Under the pieces are notes generated by a model. That model was not told the origin of the DNA. It did no database searches and was given only the letters and a program-made list of their open reading frames with translations. A stretch of 46,231 nucleotides of DNA from an uncultured Bacilli bacterium (GTDB lineage Bacteria; Bacillota_I; Bacilli_A; RF39; UBA660), in contig CALVSC010000003.1 in NCBI GenBank assembly GCA_944358855.1, forward strand, positions 1 through 46,231, in the 5' to 3' direction. Positions 26,501-35,781 of the stretch are shown piece after piece (position 1 is the first letter of the stretch; each line of letters starts with the position of its first letter). Made by a program: the position numbers and the translations under genes.

Positions 26501-29500
26501 TCTACTACTTATGGTGGAAGAATCATCAACTTAACTGGTGGTAAAGTAAACTATGGTGTCTTTGGTGGAAGTAATGGAACAACAGGATCGGATAATGGAT
26601 CTTATCAAGGTATCCTAGAAGGCTCTACTCTTGTCTATGTTGGAGGAAATGCCGTTGTTGGAGATGATACGTTAATTGCCAACAATACTACTTTATTTGA
26701 AGTAGAATCAGGTACAGTCTATGGAGCTGGAAATGGTAACTCTAATTCTACTAAGGTTGGTACAGTAGATAATGCAACCGTTATTATTGATGGAGATGCC
26801 TTAATTAAGAAAAATGTTTATGGTGGAGGTAACTATGGTACAACTGGAAGTAACATGGACCGTGGAGAAACAACGAATACCACTATCAATGTATTAGGGG
26901 GAACCGTTACCGGATCTGTATATGGTGGAGGTAATAATAATGGTTCTGGAACTGATAATGTAAATGCCAATATTGCCATTACTGTAAATGGTGGAGCCCT
27001 AGGAAATGTTTATGGTGGTGCTAGAACAAAAGGTACCATATATGGAAGCACCTCAATTAATATTACAAACGGAACTATAAATGAGAACGTCTATGGTGGA
27101 GGAGAAGGTGGATACCAAAGCAGTAGAAATCCTGGAACCTATGTCCGTGATAATATTTCTATCACTATTGGAAATGAAAATGAAGGACCAACAATAAATG
27201 GCTCTGTCTATGGTGGTAGCGCTTATGGTACCGTAAACGGAACATCAGAAAATGCAGGTGCTAACAACAATACTGTAACTGTAACCGTAAATAACGCTGT
27301 CATTAAACAATCCGTCTTTGGTGGAGGTAGAGGAAACAATACTTATACCCCTAAAGAATATGGAAATATAACCGTGACGATAAACGGTGGAAATATTGCT
27401 AACGTTTATGGAGGAAACGATGCCTCTGGAAGTCCAGGTAATGGCGATGTTGTTTACTTAAACAATGGTGTTATTGGTAATGCCTTTGGTGGTGGTAATC
27501 AAACTGGTCAAACAACAACAGAAATATATCTACAAGGGGCAACCGTAACTAATTTATATGGAGGATCTAATCAGTCAGGAACAGTAACCACAACAAATGT
27601 AACAATGACATCAGGAACAGCAGGTAATGTCTTTGGTGGAAATAACCTTGGAGGAAATACAAAAAATGACTATGTAACAATATCAGGTGGACAAGTAACT
27701 GATTCTGTCTATGGTGGAGGAAATAAAGCACCAGCAGAATTAACGGATGTCAAAATAACAAATGCAAATATTGGAAATGTCTTTGGCGGATCAAATGAAG
27801 CCGACGCTACTACAACTAATGTAGATATAACCAGCGCAACGATTGGCAATCTATATGGAGGATCTAACTCATCAGGAACCGTAGGAGATGCCACAATCCT
27901 CGTTAATTCTGGAACGATTGACAATATTTATGGTGCCAATAACCTAGCCGGAACTACAGAAAGTTCTGAAATTACAATTATAACTGGTGATATTAATTCT
28001 ATTTATGGTGGAGGAAATAAAGCACCAGCAGGCAGTAGCTTTATCCTTATCAATAATGGTAATATTGATAACATCTATGGTGGAGGAAATGAAGCTGGTC
28101 TAAATGAGACAACCATTCAAATTATGGAAGGCGATATTGGAAATGTCTTTGGTGGTTCAAACATGTCAGGAGACATTCCAACATCATCCATTATTGTTGG
28201 TAAATATGAAACAACCAATTTAACAATCGATAATATATATGGAGGAAACAATAAAGGTGGAACAACAACCAATTCTTATATTACCGTATCAACCGGAGTA
28301 ATTGGCAATATCTTTGGTGGTGGAAACGAAGCTCCAGTAAATGCTCCTTATGTAACAGTAAATAATGCCACAGTAGATAACATTTATGGTGGAGGAAATA
28401 TGGCCGCAATTAATGGAGATACTTCGGTAATTGTTACCAATACCACAATCAATAATAATATCTACGGAGGAGGAAACTATGGAGAAGTATCCGGAAGCAC
28501 AAACGTAGAAATCACATCATGTAATATTACAGGTAGTGCTTATGGTGGAGGAAATGGACAAAGTGCCATTGTTAATAGAAACACTGAAATCACCGTAGAT
28601 GGTAATACCGTAATTGGTACACCGACTTCCAAAGCACCACATCAAGGTTGTCTATTTGGTGGAGGAAACGCTGCTGCGACAGGAACAGAAGCAAATAATA
28701 ATTCAACCGCAACTGTAAATGTAGTAGGTGGACATATCTATGGAAATGTCTATGGTGGAGCGAACACCTCTGTCGTATATGGAAAAACAGATACGAATAT
28801 CGGAACCAAGGCAGTAAATAAAAACGGATTAGAAGAACAATCGATTAATATAGGTGGAACTATATTCGGTGGAGGAGAAGCCAACGCCGAAGGTTCTGAA
28901 AACTACGACTTCTCATTTATTTCCGTTACAGGAGCAATCGATATTGATATCGATGGAGAAGGATACCTAGATAATAATCATGAATTTATTATGTCAGGAT
29001 CTATCTTCGGTTCAGGAAATGCTTCATCTTCAAGTGGAACCAGTATTATCTATGTAGCAAACCTTGGAACCAAAGAACATCCAAGCGAAAACATCTCCAT
29101 TCAAAGAGCAAACCAAGTAATCATTGATAACTCTGTAATAGAACTAGAAGGAACAACCGATAGAACAAACGAATACTCTGATATTGAATATTCATTTAAC
29201 CGTATAGATGAATTAAATATAAAAAATAATAGTGTTTTACTATTACAACGCAATGCCAACTTATTACAAAGTTTAAAGAGTACTGTAGATATTAATGGAC
29301 AAGAAGAAAAAGCTGCTGTTATTATCAATGACGATAATAAAACAGTAGACAAAAACGTAGATAATAGAATTTATATGTTAGCAAATCGTAACCTTAATGT
29401 AACAACCAATGAAGCAGCAACAGAATATGGAGAAGTTTCAGGAATGACATTCTTTGGAATGTACCAAAAATATGGAAATGGAGCTTTCTCATATGGATTA

Positions 29501-31669
29501 TATGATTATGATGTAAATTATGGAGATAGTGGAGATGCTGGAGATATCATCATTGGTGGTTCTTATGTTTTAGGACTTCATAAAGTAGATCATGATATTA
29601 CAGTAGATGGATTCTACAGTAACTTTATCAATGATGAATATACAGAAATATCAACCCAATACATAAATCCAACGCCACCAGACTCTAACTACTATATGTG
29701 GACGATTGGTATTTCTGCAATCAATTATAACTTTACAATGACAGCATCTAAATACTCTTCATTAGGTACCTATGAATTATCTATGAGAGAGTTCTCTCAA
29801 GGAGACACTACATTTGAAGTAATTGGATTTAACTCTGAAGGACTAACCAATGGAGTAGGATTAATTGATTCAAACAATGTACCAAAGGTTGCTGATACAG
29901 ATGAAGAAGCAAATAGTATATTAGGACTATCTATGAAGACTGAAACAAGTGAATGGACTTCATATGGAACAACGAAATTCCTAAGTGATGATGGTGGAAA
30001 ATATACCGGAACTAAATCCTATAAAACAGATAGTCAAAAATTAGCACCATCTCTAATGTTCTATTTATATCACGCTAAAAACATATCTTTAAATCAAGAA
30101 CTAGGTACCGTTGTTATAACAATGCAAGCATTAACTCCAAAAAATGAAATAGAGTATGATGTTCAACTAATTACGATAACGATTGATTTAACAGCAAAAC
30201 TATATGACGATGGTAACGCATACGATGCAAGTATTACATATGATAAAAAATATGAGATACCAGCAGCAACTTCTGTAAATATTACGAACCAAAGTCAGTT
30301 TACTGCCTATTTTGATTTATATGCAGAAGACACATTTGAAAACTTATATGGAAGAGATAACGATAATTACCATGCTTTAGTAACTGATTATGCTCTACCA
30401 GTAGGAACACAAATTACGATGTTAGATTATAGTTCTATTGATGGTGTTCCACAGTATTATTACTACACAATTGATGAAGAAGAGTATAATAGAGCAATCA
30501 ATCAACTAGCAACCGATAATGAAATAACCTACAGGATTAATAAGTTTATTAAGATGGGTAGTACAGATGAAGATAATACCTACGATGAGCAAACGCAGAA
30601 TAATGCTTATTATGATGAATCAAAACAACGGACAATAGAAGAATTTATCTTTATATTTGACTTTAAAGAAACTAAAACAACTGGTACCAATCTAAATAAG
30701 TATATTCGTTTTGAACTACGTAATAAAGAAGATAGAACAGTAGTTTCTGTACTAGGTATTAGACAAAACTATATGTACTTTAACTTATATGATTCATCGA
30801 ATATGGTCTTACAACAAGAAGTTAATTTTGATAACTTAAATATTTATCCAAATAATCTTCGTCATATTGAATATCAAACGGATGTTAATTATGATCAAAC
30901 AGCAAACCGTGAATCTATAATCGATACTAACTACGAATCACAAAGTATGGGATTAAATATAACCCTATACGATTCTGCCGGTAACCAAGTATCATCTTCA
31001 CAACTAACTGGTTCCAGTTTCCAAATGGATGGTACATCGTACTTTGCAGATAGTGAGGGAGTATTTAGAATAAAACTAGCAGGAAAGATATCAAACTTAA
31101 ATAAATCTCTATACTTCTTAACCAATGATATATTACCAGCAGGAAAATATAAAATGGTATTTAGCTTATTTGCATCATCAGATGGACTACATAACTCGGG
31201 TGGACTAAGTAGTTCGGAAAAGGAAATAGAAATCACCGTAGTACCATCAGGAAATGCCATAGAAGTAAAAAGTGAAGATAAATACAAAGTAGTAGACGGA
31301 AATACAAGATTAAATGAATTGGATACAAGTGAAGCAACATTTAAAGTAAGATTTTCTGAAAACTTACAAAATCCAAATTTACGTGTAGCTATATACAAGA
31401 GAAATATAGACAACAAGGACACAACGACATATACAGAAGTAAGTTTTAATCAAGTATTTAAAGATATTCTTCCACTACCAGGAGAACAAGGTTTAACTGC
31501 TCAAACTCCAGAAGAGCGCTATATAACCAATACTTTAGCAACACAAGAAACATACAGTTGGGAATATAGTGATACATTAATTAGTGGAACATATCGCGTA
31601 ATCTTTAGATTATATGATAGTGATCAATTAATAGATGAAGACCAAGAATATATAATTATAAAGAAATAA
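23537..31669 (+). CDS. Giant (2710 aa) secreted adhesin-like protein: N-terminal GLUG-type region, ~30 N-x-(Y/F)-G-G repeats, beta-rich C-terminal domains
   Basis: N-terminal hydrophobic signal. FSGGNGTEENPYQI..DIDL..FSGHFDGAGYTIKN motif. Repeats at ~26.3-29.0 kb. No LPxTG, SLH or C-terminal TM. Confidence 0.8.
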   Translation: MVKNLVVKKTAIFKIFMAFLVAIASFFIYNLFTATLTLSDIDIEAWDGVEIATSFSGGNGTEENPYQIANGSELAYLKQIVEEQSIDNLKDKYFVLTKDIDLGNNTWSGIGNIVNNEKIAFSGHFDGAGYTIKNFKLDTPKTINNIEYYGLFLFINDADIRNLNIYNAIITTTISSNQTRISLLATSVENSTISNIAIQESKMDLTNTTVTNSNEIAGVINEVGETSTLLNIYSQMEITDTNGNSFGNVIGVLNGEAKNIISQTTYKNFTPLSVADIKEIKETAKVENSYKLVANNNEVKITSEDMTIENLILNLNEKIETDKYSWTLEGTHLKISRTEELIKTTSQVTEEVPTLFNFGKSAAIPLHDTAITTDTVYINDLESDYNYYHGLNFTSSSTGTLPTGNNQGIYTDSNLAKVYIKYSGEDISDSSIVGHISLDEQQSAMVYYKYYPVDNGYINVELIDNPFADRPNNKAFNGWITDYPGVEITYDADTYTRYAKIPVTSTNGIPDIVNITFYTSWTQASTYELTSSNEWSTAFSNLNNSGMIANVNTINIYEDCSDLYVQGSIGFFENYPSGAVDQYGDRVSGRCWGTCTYYIAADATYDATQNYYEFNGNRMQSYQPQIVDTSHVTGVPIGSSAAGLYEQVTLSRNQSIAGYYDEQGQYQTSGTCNSYGGCTYYNMLQFYDENGNENVVTEDSNYYYLVTRDTNIIVLETSANPNWNSNKPFTLTGINNGTKYNGSISLSNNYIDALADTRIEYIGITNNDSRTTNDDTTPASDYSSGYIYGNWYNLKIGRGITGASTRYVNAMAVIAGNNDSTGSRNNLTEYKLIIESGVYNMISLTNGSAGSGWFGGGDDTLYVDGTGIYGSDYDRVSNNNDNLDITFCASGSWGDNVYSSSEQTGVALHTNIKSGGFGTQELGYSTGVYIGGRGGGEHYAARDAIIEGGDIYNLIGGPLTATNRSNINDTYINIKGGTIDMVIGGAGASTTYGGRIINLTGGKVNYGVFGGSNGTTGSDNGSYQGILEGSTLVYVGGNAVVGDDTLIANNTTLFEVESGTVYGAGNGNSNSTKVGTVDNATVIIDGDALIKKNVYGGGNYGTTGSNMDRGETTNTTINVLGGTVTGSVYGGGNNNGSGTDNVNANIAITVNGGALGNVYGGARTKGTIYGSTSINITNGTINENVYGGGEGGYQSSRNPGTYVRDNISITIGNENEGPTINGSVYGGSAYGTVNGTSENAGANNNTVTVTVNNAVIKQSVFGGGRGNNTYTPKEYGNITVTINGGNIANVYGGNDASGSPGNGDVVYLNNGVIGNAFGGGNQTGQTTTEIYLQGATVTNLYGGSNQSGTVTTTNVTMTSGTAGNVFGGNNLGGNTKNDYVTISGGQVTDSVYGGGNKAPAELTDVKITNANIGNVFGGSNEADATTTNVDITSATIGNLYGGSNSSGTVGDATILVNSGTIDNIYGANNLAGTTESSEITIITGDINSIYGGGNKAPAGSSFILINNGNIDNIYGGGNEAGLNETTIQIMEGDIGNVFGGSNMSGDIPTSSIIVGKYETTNLTIDNIYGGNNKGGTTTNSYITVSTGVIGNIFGGGNEAPVNAPYVTVNNATVDNIYGGGNMAAINGDTSVIVTNTTINNNIYGGGNYGEVSGSTNVEITSCNITGSAYGGGNGQSAIVNRNTEITVDGNTVIGTPTSKAPHQGCLFGGGNAAATGTEANNNSTATVNVVGGHIYGNVYGGANTSVVYGKTDTNIGTKAVNKNGLEEQSINIGGTIFGGGEANAEGSENYDFSFISVTGAIDIDIDGEGYLDNNHEFIMSGSIFGSGNASSSSGTSIIYVANLGTKEHPSENISIQRANQVIIDNSVIELEGTTDRTNEYSDIEYSFNRIDELNIKNNSVLLLQRNANLLQSLKSTVDINGQEEKAAVIINDDNKTVDKNVDNRIYMLANRNLNVTTNEAATEYGEVSGMTFFGMYQKYGNGAFSYGLYDYDVNYGDSGDAGDIIIGGSYVLGLHKVDHDITVDGFYSNFINDEYTEISTQYINPTPPDSNYYMWTIGISAINYNFTMTASKYSSLGTYELSMREFSQGDTTFEVIGFNSEGLTNGVGLIDSNNVPKVADTDEEANSILGLSMKTETSEWTSYGTTKFLSDDGGKYTGTKSYKTDSQKLAPSLMFYLYHAKNISLNQELGTVVITMQALTPKNEIEYDVQLITITIDLTAKLYDDGNAYDASITYDKKYEIPAATSVNITNQSQFTAYFDLYAEDTFENLYGRDNDNYHALVTDYALPVGTQITMLDYSSIDGVPQYYYYTIDEEEYNRAINQLATDNEITYRINKFIKMGSTDEDNTYDEQTQNNAYYDESKQRTIEEFIFIFDFKETKTTGTNLNKYIRFELRNKEDRTVVSVLGIRQNYMYFNLYDSSNMVLQQEVNFDNLNIYPNNLRHIEYQTDVNYDQTANRESIIDTNYESQSMGLNITLYDSAGNQVSSSQLTGSSFQMDGTSYFADSEGVFRIKLAGKISNLNKSLYFLTNDILPAGKYKMVFSLFASSDGLHNSGGLSSSEKEIEITVVPSGNAIEVKSEDKYKVVDGNTRLNELDTSEATFKVRFSENLQNPNLRVAIYKRNIDNKDTTTYTEVSFNQVFKDILPLPGEQGLTAQTPEERYITNTLATQETYSWEYSDTLISGTYRVIFRLYDSDQLIDEDQEYIIIKK
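27545..28410 (+). repeat. Higher-order internal repeat (~295 bp, 4 Gly-repeat units) x3 within the giant gene
   Basis: Identical 28-mer at 27710 and 28004; TATATGGAGGATCTAA at 27555 and 27852; protein cycle GGSNxSG/GGNNxGG/GGGNKAP/GGxNEA. Confidence 0.7.
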
Positions 31670-31681
31670 CTGTCTAGTTGA

Positions 31682-31710
31682 AAGGGAACATGAAAATATG
31701 TTCCCTTATT
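31682..31710 (+). terminator. Rho-independent terminator
   Basis: AAGGGAACAT-gaaaat-ATGTTCCCTT-attt. Confidence 0.75.
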
Positions 31711-31774
31711 TGTTGAAATGCCAAAAAAAATGTGGTACTCTTAAATAGAGCAAAATATAGAAATGGGTGTTGGA

Positions 31775-32422
31775 ATGAAAAGTTTTTTAAAAGGTTTATG
31801 GGGATTTGTTGAAGTACTAATCGTAATTTATGTAATTATAATCACAGCTTGCCTTCTAGCAACAAATAAATATGGATTTACACAATTTAATAACACAACA
31901 TTAGTTACGATTGATGAGTTTAGAGCAAAATATTTAGATGAATCACAAGTAAATGACTTATTAATTGTGAAAGGAACACCTAATGACATAGTAGTTGGAG
32001 ATAAAATTTATTACTATGGAACTGCCGAAAATAAATATACTGTAGAAACAGCTCATGTCAGAAAGATTGTAAGCCAAGATGATACAATGGCTATCTATCA
32101 GTTAGACGATGAAGAATCTACCCCAATTGCTAGTAATAGAGTTCTTGGTAAATATTCAGCAATTTATCCTAATATCGGTGGTGTATTAGACGTTTTAGAA
32201 TCAAAAATTGGATTTTTATTATTAGTAATACTACCAATCCTATTAATCTTTATGTATCAAATATACGCTCTAATTATTGTAATCAAATATGGTGACGAAG
32301 ATATAGAACAAGAAGAGGCAAGAAAAAAAGCCAAAAAAGAGAAAAAGGCCAAGAAAAAGAAAAAAGAAACACCAAAAAAGGAAAAGAAAGAAGACAAAGA
32401 GGATGAGGTGGAGCTTCTATAA
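31775..32422 (+). CDS. Degenerate SipW-like protein lacking the catalytic Ser motif
   Basis: Same topology and motifs as SipW (NDLLIVK, VGDKIYY, VLGKY..YPNIG..L....GFLLLVILP) but no (S/T)GSM, THR or TKGD motifs. Confidence 0.65.
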   Translation: MKSFLKGLWGFVEVLIVIYVIIITACLLATNKYGFTQFNNTTLVTIDEFRAKYLDESQVNDLLIVKGTPNDIVVGDKIYYYGTAENKYTVETAHVRKIVSQDDTMAIYQLDDEESTPIASNRVLGKYSAIYPNIGGVLDVLESKIGFLLLVILPILLIFMYQIYALIIVIKYGDEDIEQEEARKKAKKEKKAKKKKKETPKKEKKEDKEDEVELL

Positions 32423-32460
32423 AGAAGTTCTATCTTTTTCTTTTGGAACAAAAAAGGTTG

Positions 32461-32469
32461 TGTTATAAT
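32461..32469 (+). promoter_or_regulatory. Extended -10 promoter element
   Basis: TGTTATAAT upstream of the three-pilin operon. Confidence 0.55.
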
Positions 32470-32485
32470 AATAATATGGGAGGGT

Positions 32486-33070
32486 GTGAGAAACTTGAGA
32501 AAATATAAAAATGTAATTATTATCTTAGTAATCATACTTGCTTGTTTTGCTTATTTAAAAACAAAGACGACATATACAGCTTATGAAAGTGAAACAGAAG
32601 CAAATGTAAATAGTGAAATAGCAGACTGGAAAATAAAAGTAAATAACACCCTTGTAACATCAGATATACAACAAGAAATAGCAATTGATACAATTGACTG
32701 GGATGAAAACCATACCAAAGAAGGAACAATATCTCCTGGAACATCAGGTGTAATTACAATCACCATAGACCCTACAACAACGCAAGTGGCTTTCGACTAT
32801 TCTTTAGAAATTATAGATCAGACAGTAAATCCTGATAAAACACTAACAATTACCAAAGTAGAAAGTTCTTTAAATAACTTAGTACAAGAAGGAAATATCT
32901 ACCGAGGAACAATGTCATTAAAAGATATAAAAGATAATAAAAAAGATGAAATAAAACTATATGCAATCTGGGATGATCATGGACAAGATATAGAAGTAGA
33001 CCCTACAGAAATAACTGAACCAAGTGATTTACTAGAAGTAAACTTTAAAGCATCACAAAAACAAAAATAG
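32486..33070 (+). CDS. TasA-like secreted protein with SipW-type signal
   Basis: TTYT|AY motif, IADWKIKVNN, ISPGTSG, C-terminal strand VNFKASQ. Confidence 0.7.
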   Translation: MRNLRKYKNVIIILVIILACFAYLKTKTTYTAYESETEANVNSEIADWKIKVNNTLVTSDIQQEIAIDTIDWDENHTKEGTISPGTSGVITITIDPTTTQVAFDYSLEIIDQTVNPDKTLTITKVESSLNNLVQEGNIYRGTMSLKDIKDNKKDEIKLYAIWDDHGQDIEVDPTEITEPSDLLEVNFKASQKQK

Positions 33071-33081
33071 GAGGTGAAACT

Positions 33082-33711
33082 ATGGCTAAGAAATTAAAAA
33101 TATTAAATAAATTAAAAAAAGAAAATATACCATATTTTGAATATAAAAAACGTTTCTTATTAGTAGTAATAGGTCTATTCTTATTAATTGTCTTGGCCAT
33201 ATATTTACTTCAAATAGCTTATGCATCCTATCAATCACAAGCAAAATTAGTAGCTGATATCAATAAAGCTATTTATTTAATAAAGCCTAGTGGAATGGAT
33301 TTTAATATAGATTTAAATAAAATTGAACCATCTTCAAAGCCATATATATATAAATTTAGTATTTCAAACTTTGAAGGAAACAAACACAGTGAAGTAGATA
33401 TTGAATATCAACTAAATATAAGAACAACCACCAATCTTCCTTTAACATTTGAACTTTATAGAAATGAAAACTATGATGATGCAGGAGCCACTAATCTATT
33501 TAATCAAGCAACGACCACCCAGGATGTAGATGGTGCTTGGTATAATTACTTAGAAGGAAAAGAAAAACACCAATTTCTATACTCAGAAGATGAAACAGAT
33601 ATCTATACTTTAGTAGTATATTTCCCAGAAAACCACAAACTAGCAACCGATTATGCGGACAATATTGAAAATATAGAAGTAGAAATAATATCAAACCAAA
33701 TAGTAGATTAG
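33082..33711 (+). CDS. TasA-like secreted protein with SipW-type signal
   Basis: IAYA|SY motif, IEP...PYIYKFSISN, YTLVVYFP, terminal strand ending SNQ. Confidence 0.65.
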   Translation: MAKKLKILNKLKKENIPYFEYKKRFLLVVIGLFLLIVLAIYLLQIAYASYQSQAKLVADINKAIYLIKPSGMDFNIDLNKIEPSSKPYIYKFSISNFEGNKHSEVDIEYQLNIRTTTNLPLTFELYRNENYDDAGATNLFNQATTTQDVDGAWYNYLEGKEKHQFLYSEDETDIYTLVVYFPENHKLATDYADNIENIEVEIISNQIVD

Positions 33712-33721
33712 AGGTGATAAA

Positions 33722-34654
33722 ATGGATTTTGTAAGAGAACATAAAAGATTAAGCACGATTATTCTTATTGTAGCCATATTATTACTTCTATTTGGAACAA
33801 CATTTGCTAGATATGTTTATAATGTTATTCATAATCATATTTTAGAAAGTAATGAGTTTTACTTTAATAGTAGTGTTCTAAGTATGGATGGAAGTGAATT
33901 TAAAATAAATAACTGGGATGGAGTAAATCCTTATACTTTAACCATCGATGTCAACAACAAGAAAAATACTTTAAAATCAACGAAAAGTGATATTTCATAT
34001 GATATTGAAGTAAGTTGTCCTAGTTCTGTTACTTGTACTTTAAATAAAACAAGTGGAGTAATTTATGAAGCATCTGGAACAGATTCTTATCAAATTACAG
34101 TAACGCCAAAAGATACGTTTCATGAAGGAGATGAAGTAGTCGTAGAAACAAAAGCAACTTCAACCTCTCCTTATGTAAAAGAATTAAAAGGTACTTATAC
34201 AATAGGAATTGAAACCCTGGATTTTACTTATAATATTGAAGACAACGTAGGTGATAAATTCTTTACTTTAAATCTAACGAACACATCAACATATTATGAA
34301 GTAACAAAAGCTTTTTCTGGATACCAAGTCGGAGACCATTTAACAATAGAAGAATATAACGCTTTAACAGATGACCAAAAGGAAAATTGCTTTTCTGCAG
34401 AAGTAACTTTATCCTTTGTACCAAAGGATATCTACCTAGACATGACAAATAGAAAATATCTAGATAGAGACGCTAATAGTGAAACTCTAGAAGTAGTAAA
34501 TAATCATAATTATGTAAGTGGTTTTAGTTTTAAAATGGATGCTAGTTCTAGTGAAAAAATAATATTTTATAAAAAAGATCCAAAAGAAGATTATACATAT
34601 CCCATAACAAATGAAAACTCGGTAATAGATGTAAATGTAAACATAGCAGAATAG
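33722..34654 (+). CDS. Secreted beta-rich protein with SipW-type signal (minor pilin-like)
   Basis: GTTFA|RY motif after the h-region; FYFNS; beta-rich composition. Confidence 0.65.
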   Translation: MDFVREHKRLSTIILIVAILLLLFGTTFARYVYNVIHNHILESNEFYFNSSVLSMDGSEFKINNWDGVNPYTLTIDVNNKKNTLKSTKSDISYDIEVSCPSSVTCTLNKTSGVIYEASGTDSYQITVTPKDTFHEGDEVVVETKATSTSPYVKELKGTYTIGIETLDFTYNIEDNVGDKFFTLNLTNTSTYYEVTKAFSGYQVGDHLTIEEYNALTDDQKENCFSAEVTLSFVPKDIYLDMTNRKYLDRDANSETLEVVNNHNYVSGFSFKMDASSSEKIIFYKKDPKEDYTYPITNENSVIDVNVNIAE

Positions 34655-34676
34655 ACTATGATATTAAAAAAAAATA

Positions 34677-34685
34677 TGTTATAAT
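34677..34685 (+). promoter_or_regulatory. Extended -10 promoter element
   Basis: TGTTATAAT upstream of the EAL-like/AAA operon. Confidence 0.55.
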
Positions 34686-34715
34686 TTTTCTAGCATAAGA
34701 TAAGGAGGGTGTAAT

Positions 34716-35780
34716 GTGAGTAAAAATTTAATTACAAGATATTTAAACTATAAAAAGAAACGCTTAGTATCATACGCCTTATCTATGTATCAAGATAATA
34801 CTTATTTAGACTATGAAATAGAATGTTTAAATCGCTATGCTAATAATTATATTGAAGTATATTATCATAAGAAATTTGAAACACTAGATAATAAAACACC
34901 AGTAGATAATAAAGCGATAGAACAAGAACAAGAAGGAATAAGATTAGAATTACTTGATAAATTAAATGTAAGAGAAATTTTAGAAAGTAACGCAAGTTTT
35001 ATTAGAAAAAAAGAAATTATTAACATCACTAAAAAATATATGGAAGTAGTAATTGCTTTTGATAGCAAACTAGTAACACCAGAAAATGTAGAAGAAATAA
35101 TTACAAAACTAATAACTAGTATTAGTCAAAAGTTACCAGTATTACAAAATGCTATTCCCAACTGGATAAAAAAGTGGAAAGAGACTGAAAAAACGATAAA
35201 GAAATTAATAGTTGAAAAACAAAACTTTATCTTACGCCAAGTACCATATGATGAAGATTTATGGGAAGTAACTCTACTAACAAGAGTAAAACAGATCAAT
35301 ATTTATAAAAGAAATTTAATAGAAAGAGTAAATAGTGAAAGTGAAGTAGAAATTGAAAAAATAAAACTAGTTGCTTTAATATTAAATCAAATTATATTAA
35401 GAGATATTGTATTAAAAGAAAAAATAGGGAATTATATTATTCCAATATCAGAAAATGCTTGGTCTAAAAAAGAAGAATTAAAAGAACTATTTGATTTATT
35501 AGACGATAGTATTTTAAAAGACCATGTGTTTATTGGAATTAGTTATAATGAATTATTAGGAAGTAAAAAACTATTAGAGAAAAAACAAGCTGGATATCAT
35601 TTCGCTTGTTATCAAGATTTAACCTACATCTTAGATATACCAACAAAAGTAGATACGATTGATTCATCTAACTTATTTAGTTATTTGATGATTACAGGAT
35701 ATAAAGCAAAAGATTTACCAATAATAGAAAAACAAGAACCGACAATAATGAAAAAAATAATGATTAGTAAGGAAGTATAG
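34716..35780 (+). CDS. Cytoplasmic protein, C-terminal half resembles a degenerate EAL domain
   Basis: YIIPIS / HVFIGISY / KKQAGYHFACYQD / FSYLMI follow the order and spacing of EAL SVNLS / LVLEITE / LRxLGxxIALDD / DYLKI, without the catalytic residues. Confidence 0.5.
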   Translation: MSKNLITRYLNYKKKRLVSYALSMYQDNTYLDYEIECLNRYANNYIEVYYHKKFETLDNKTPVDNKAIEQEQEGIRLELLDKLNVREILESNASFIRKKEIINITKKYMEVVIAFDSKLVTPENVEEIITKLITSISQKLPVLQNAIPNWIKKWKETEKTIKKLIVEKQNFILRQVPYDEDLWEVTLLTRVKQINIYKRNLIERVNSESEVEIEKIKLVALILNQIILRDIVLKEKIGNYIIPISENAWSKKEELKELFDLLDDSILKDHVFIGISYNELLGSKKLLEKKQAGYHFACYQDLTYILDIPTKVDTIDSSNLFSYLMITGYKAKDLPIIEKQEPTIMKKIMISKEV

Positions 35781-35781
35781 T

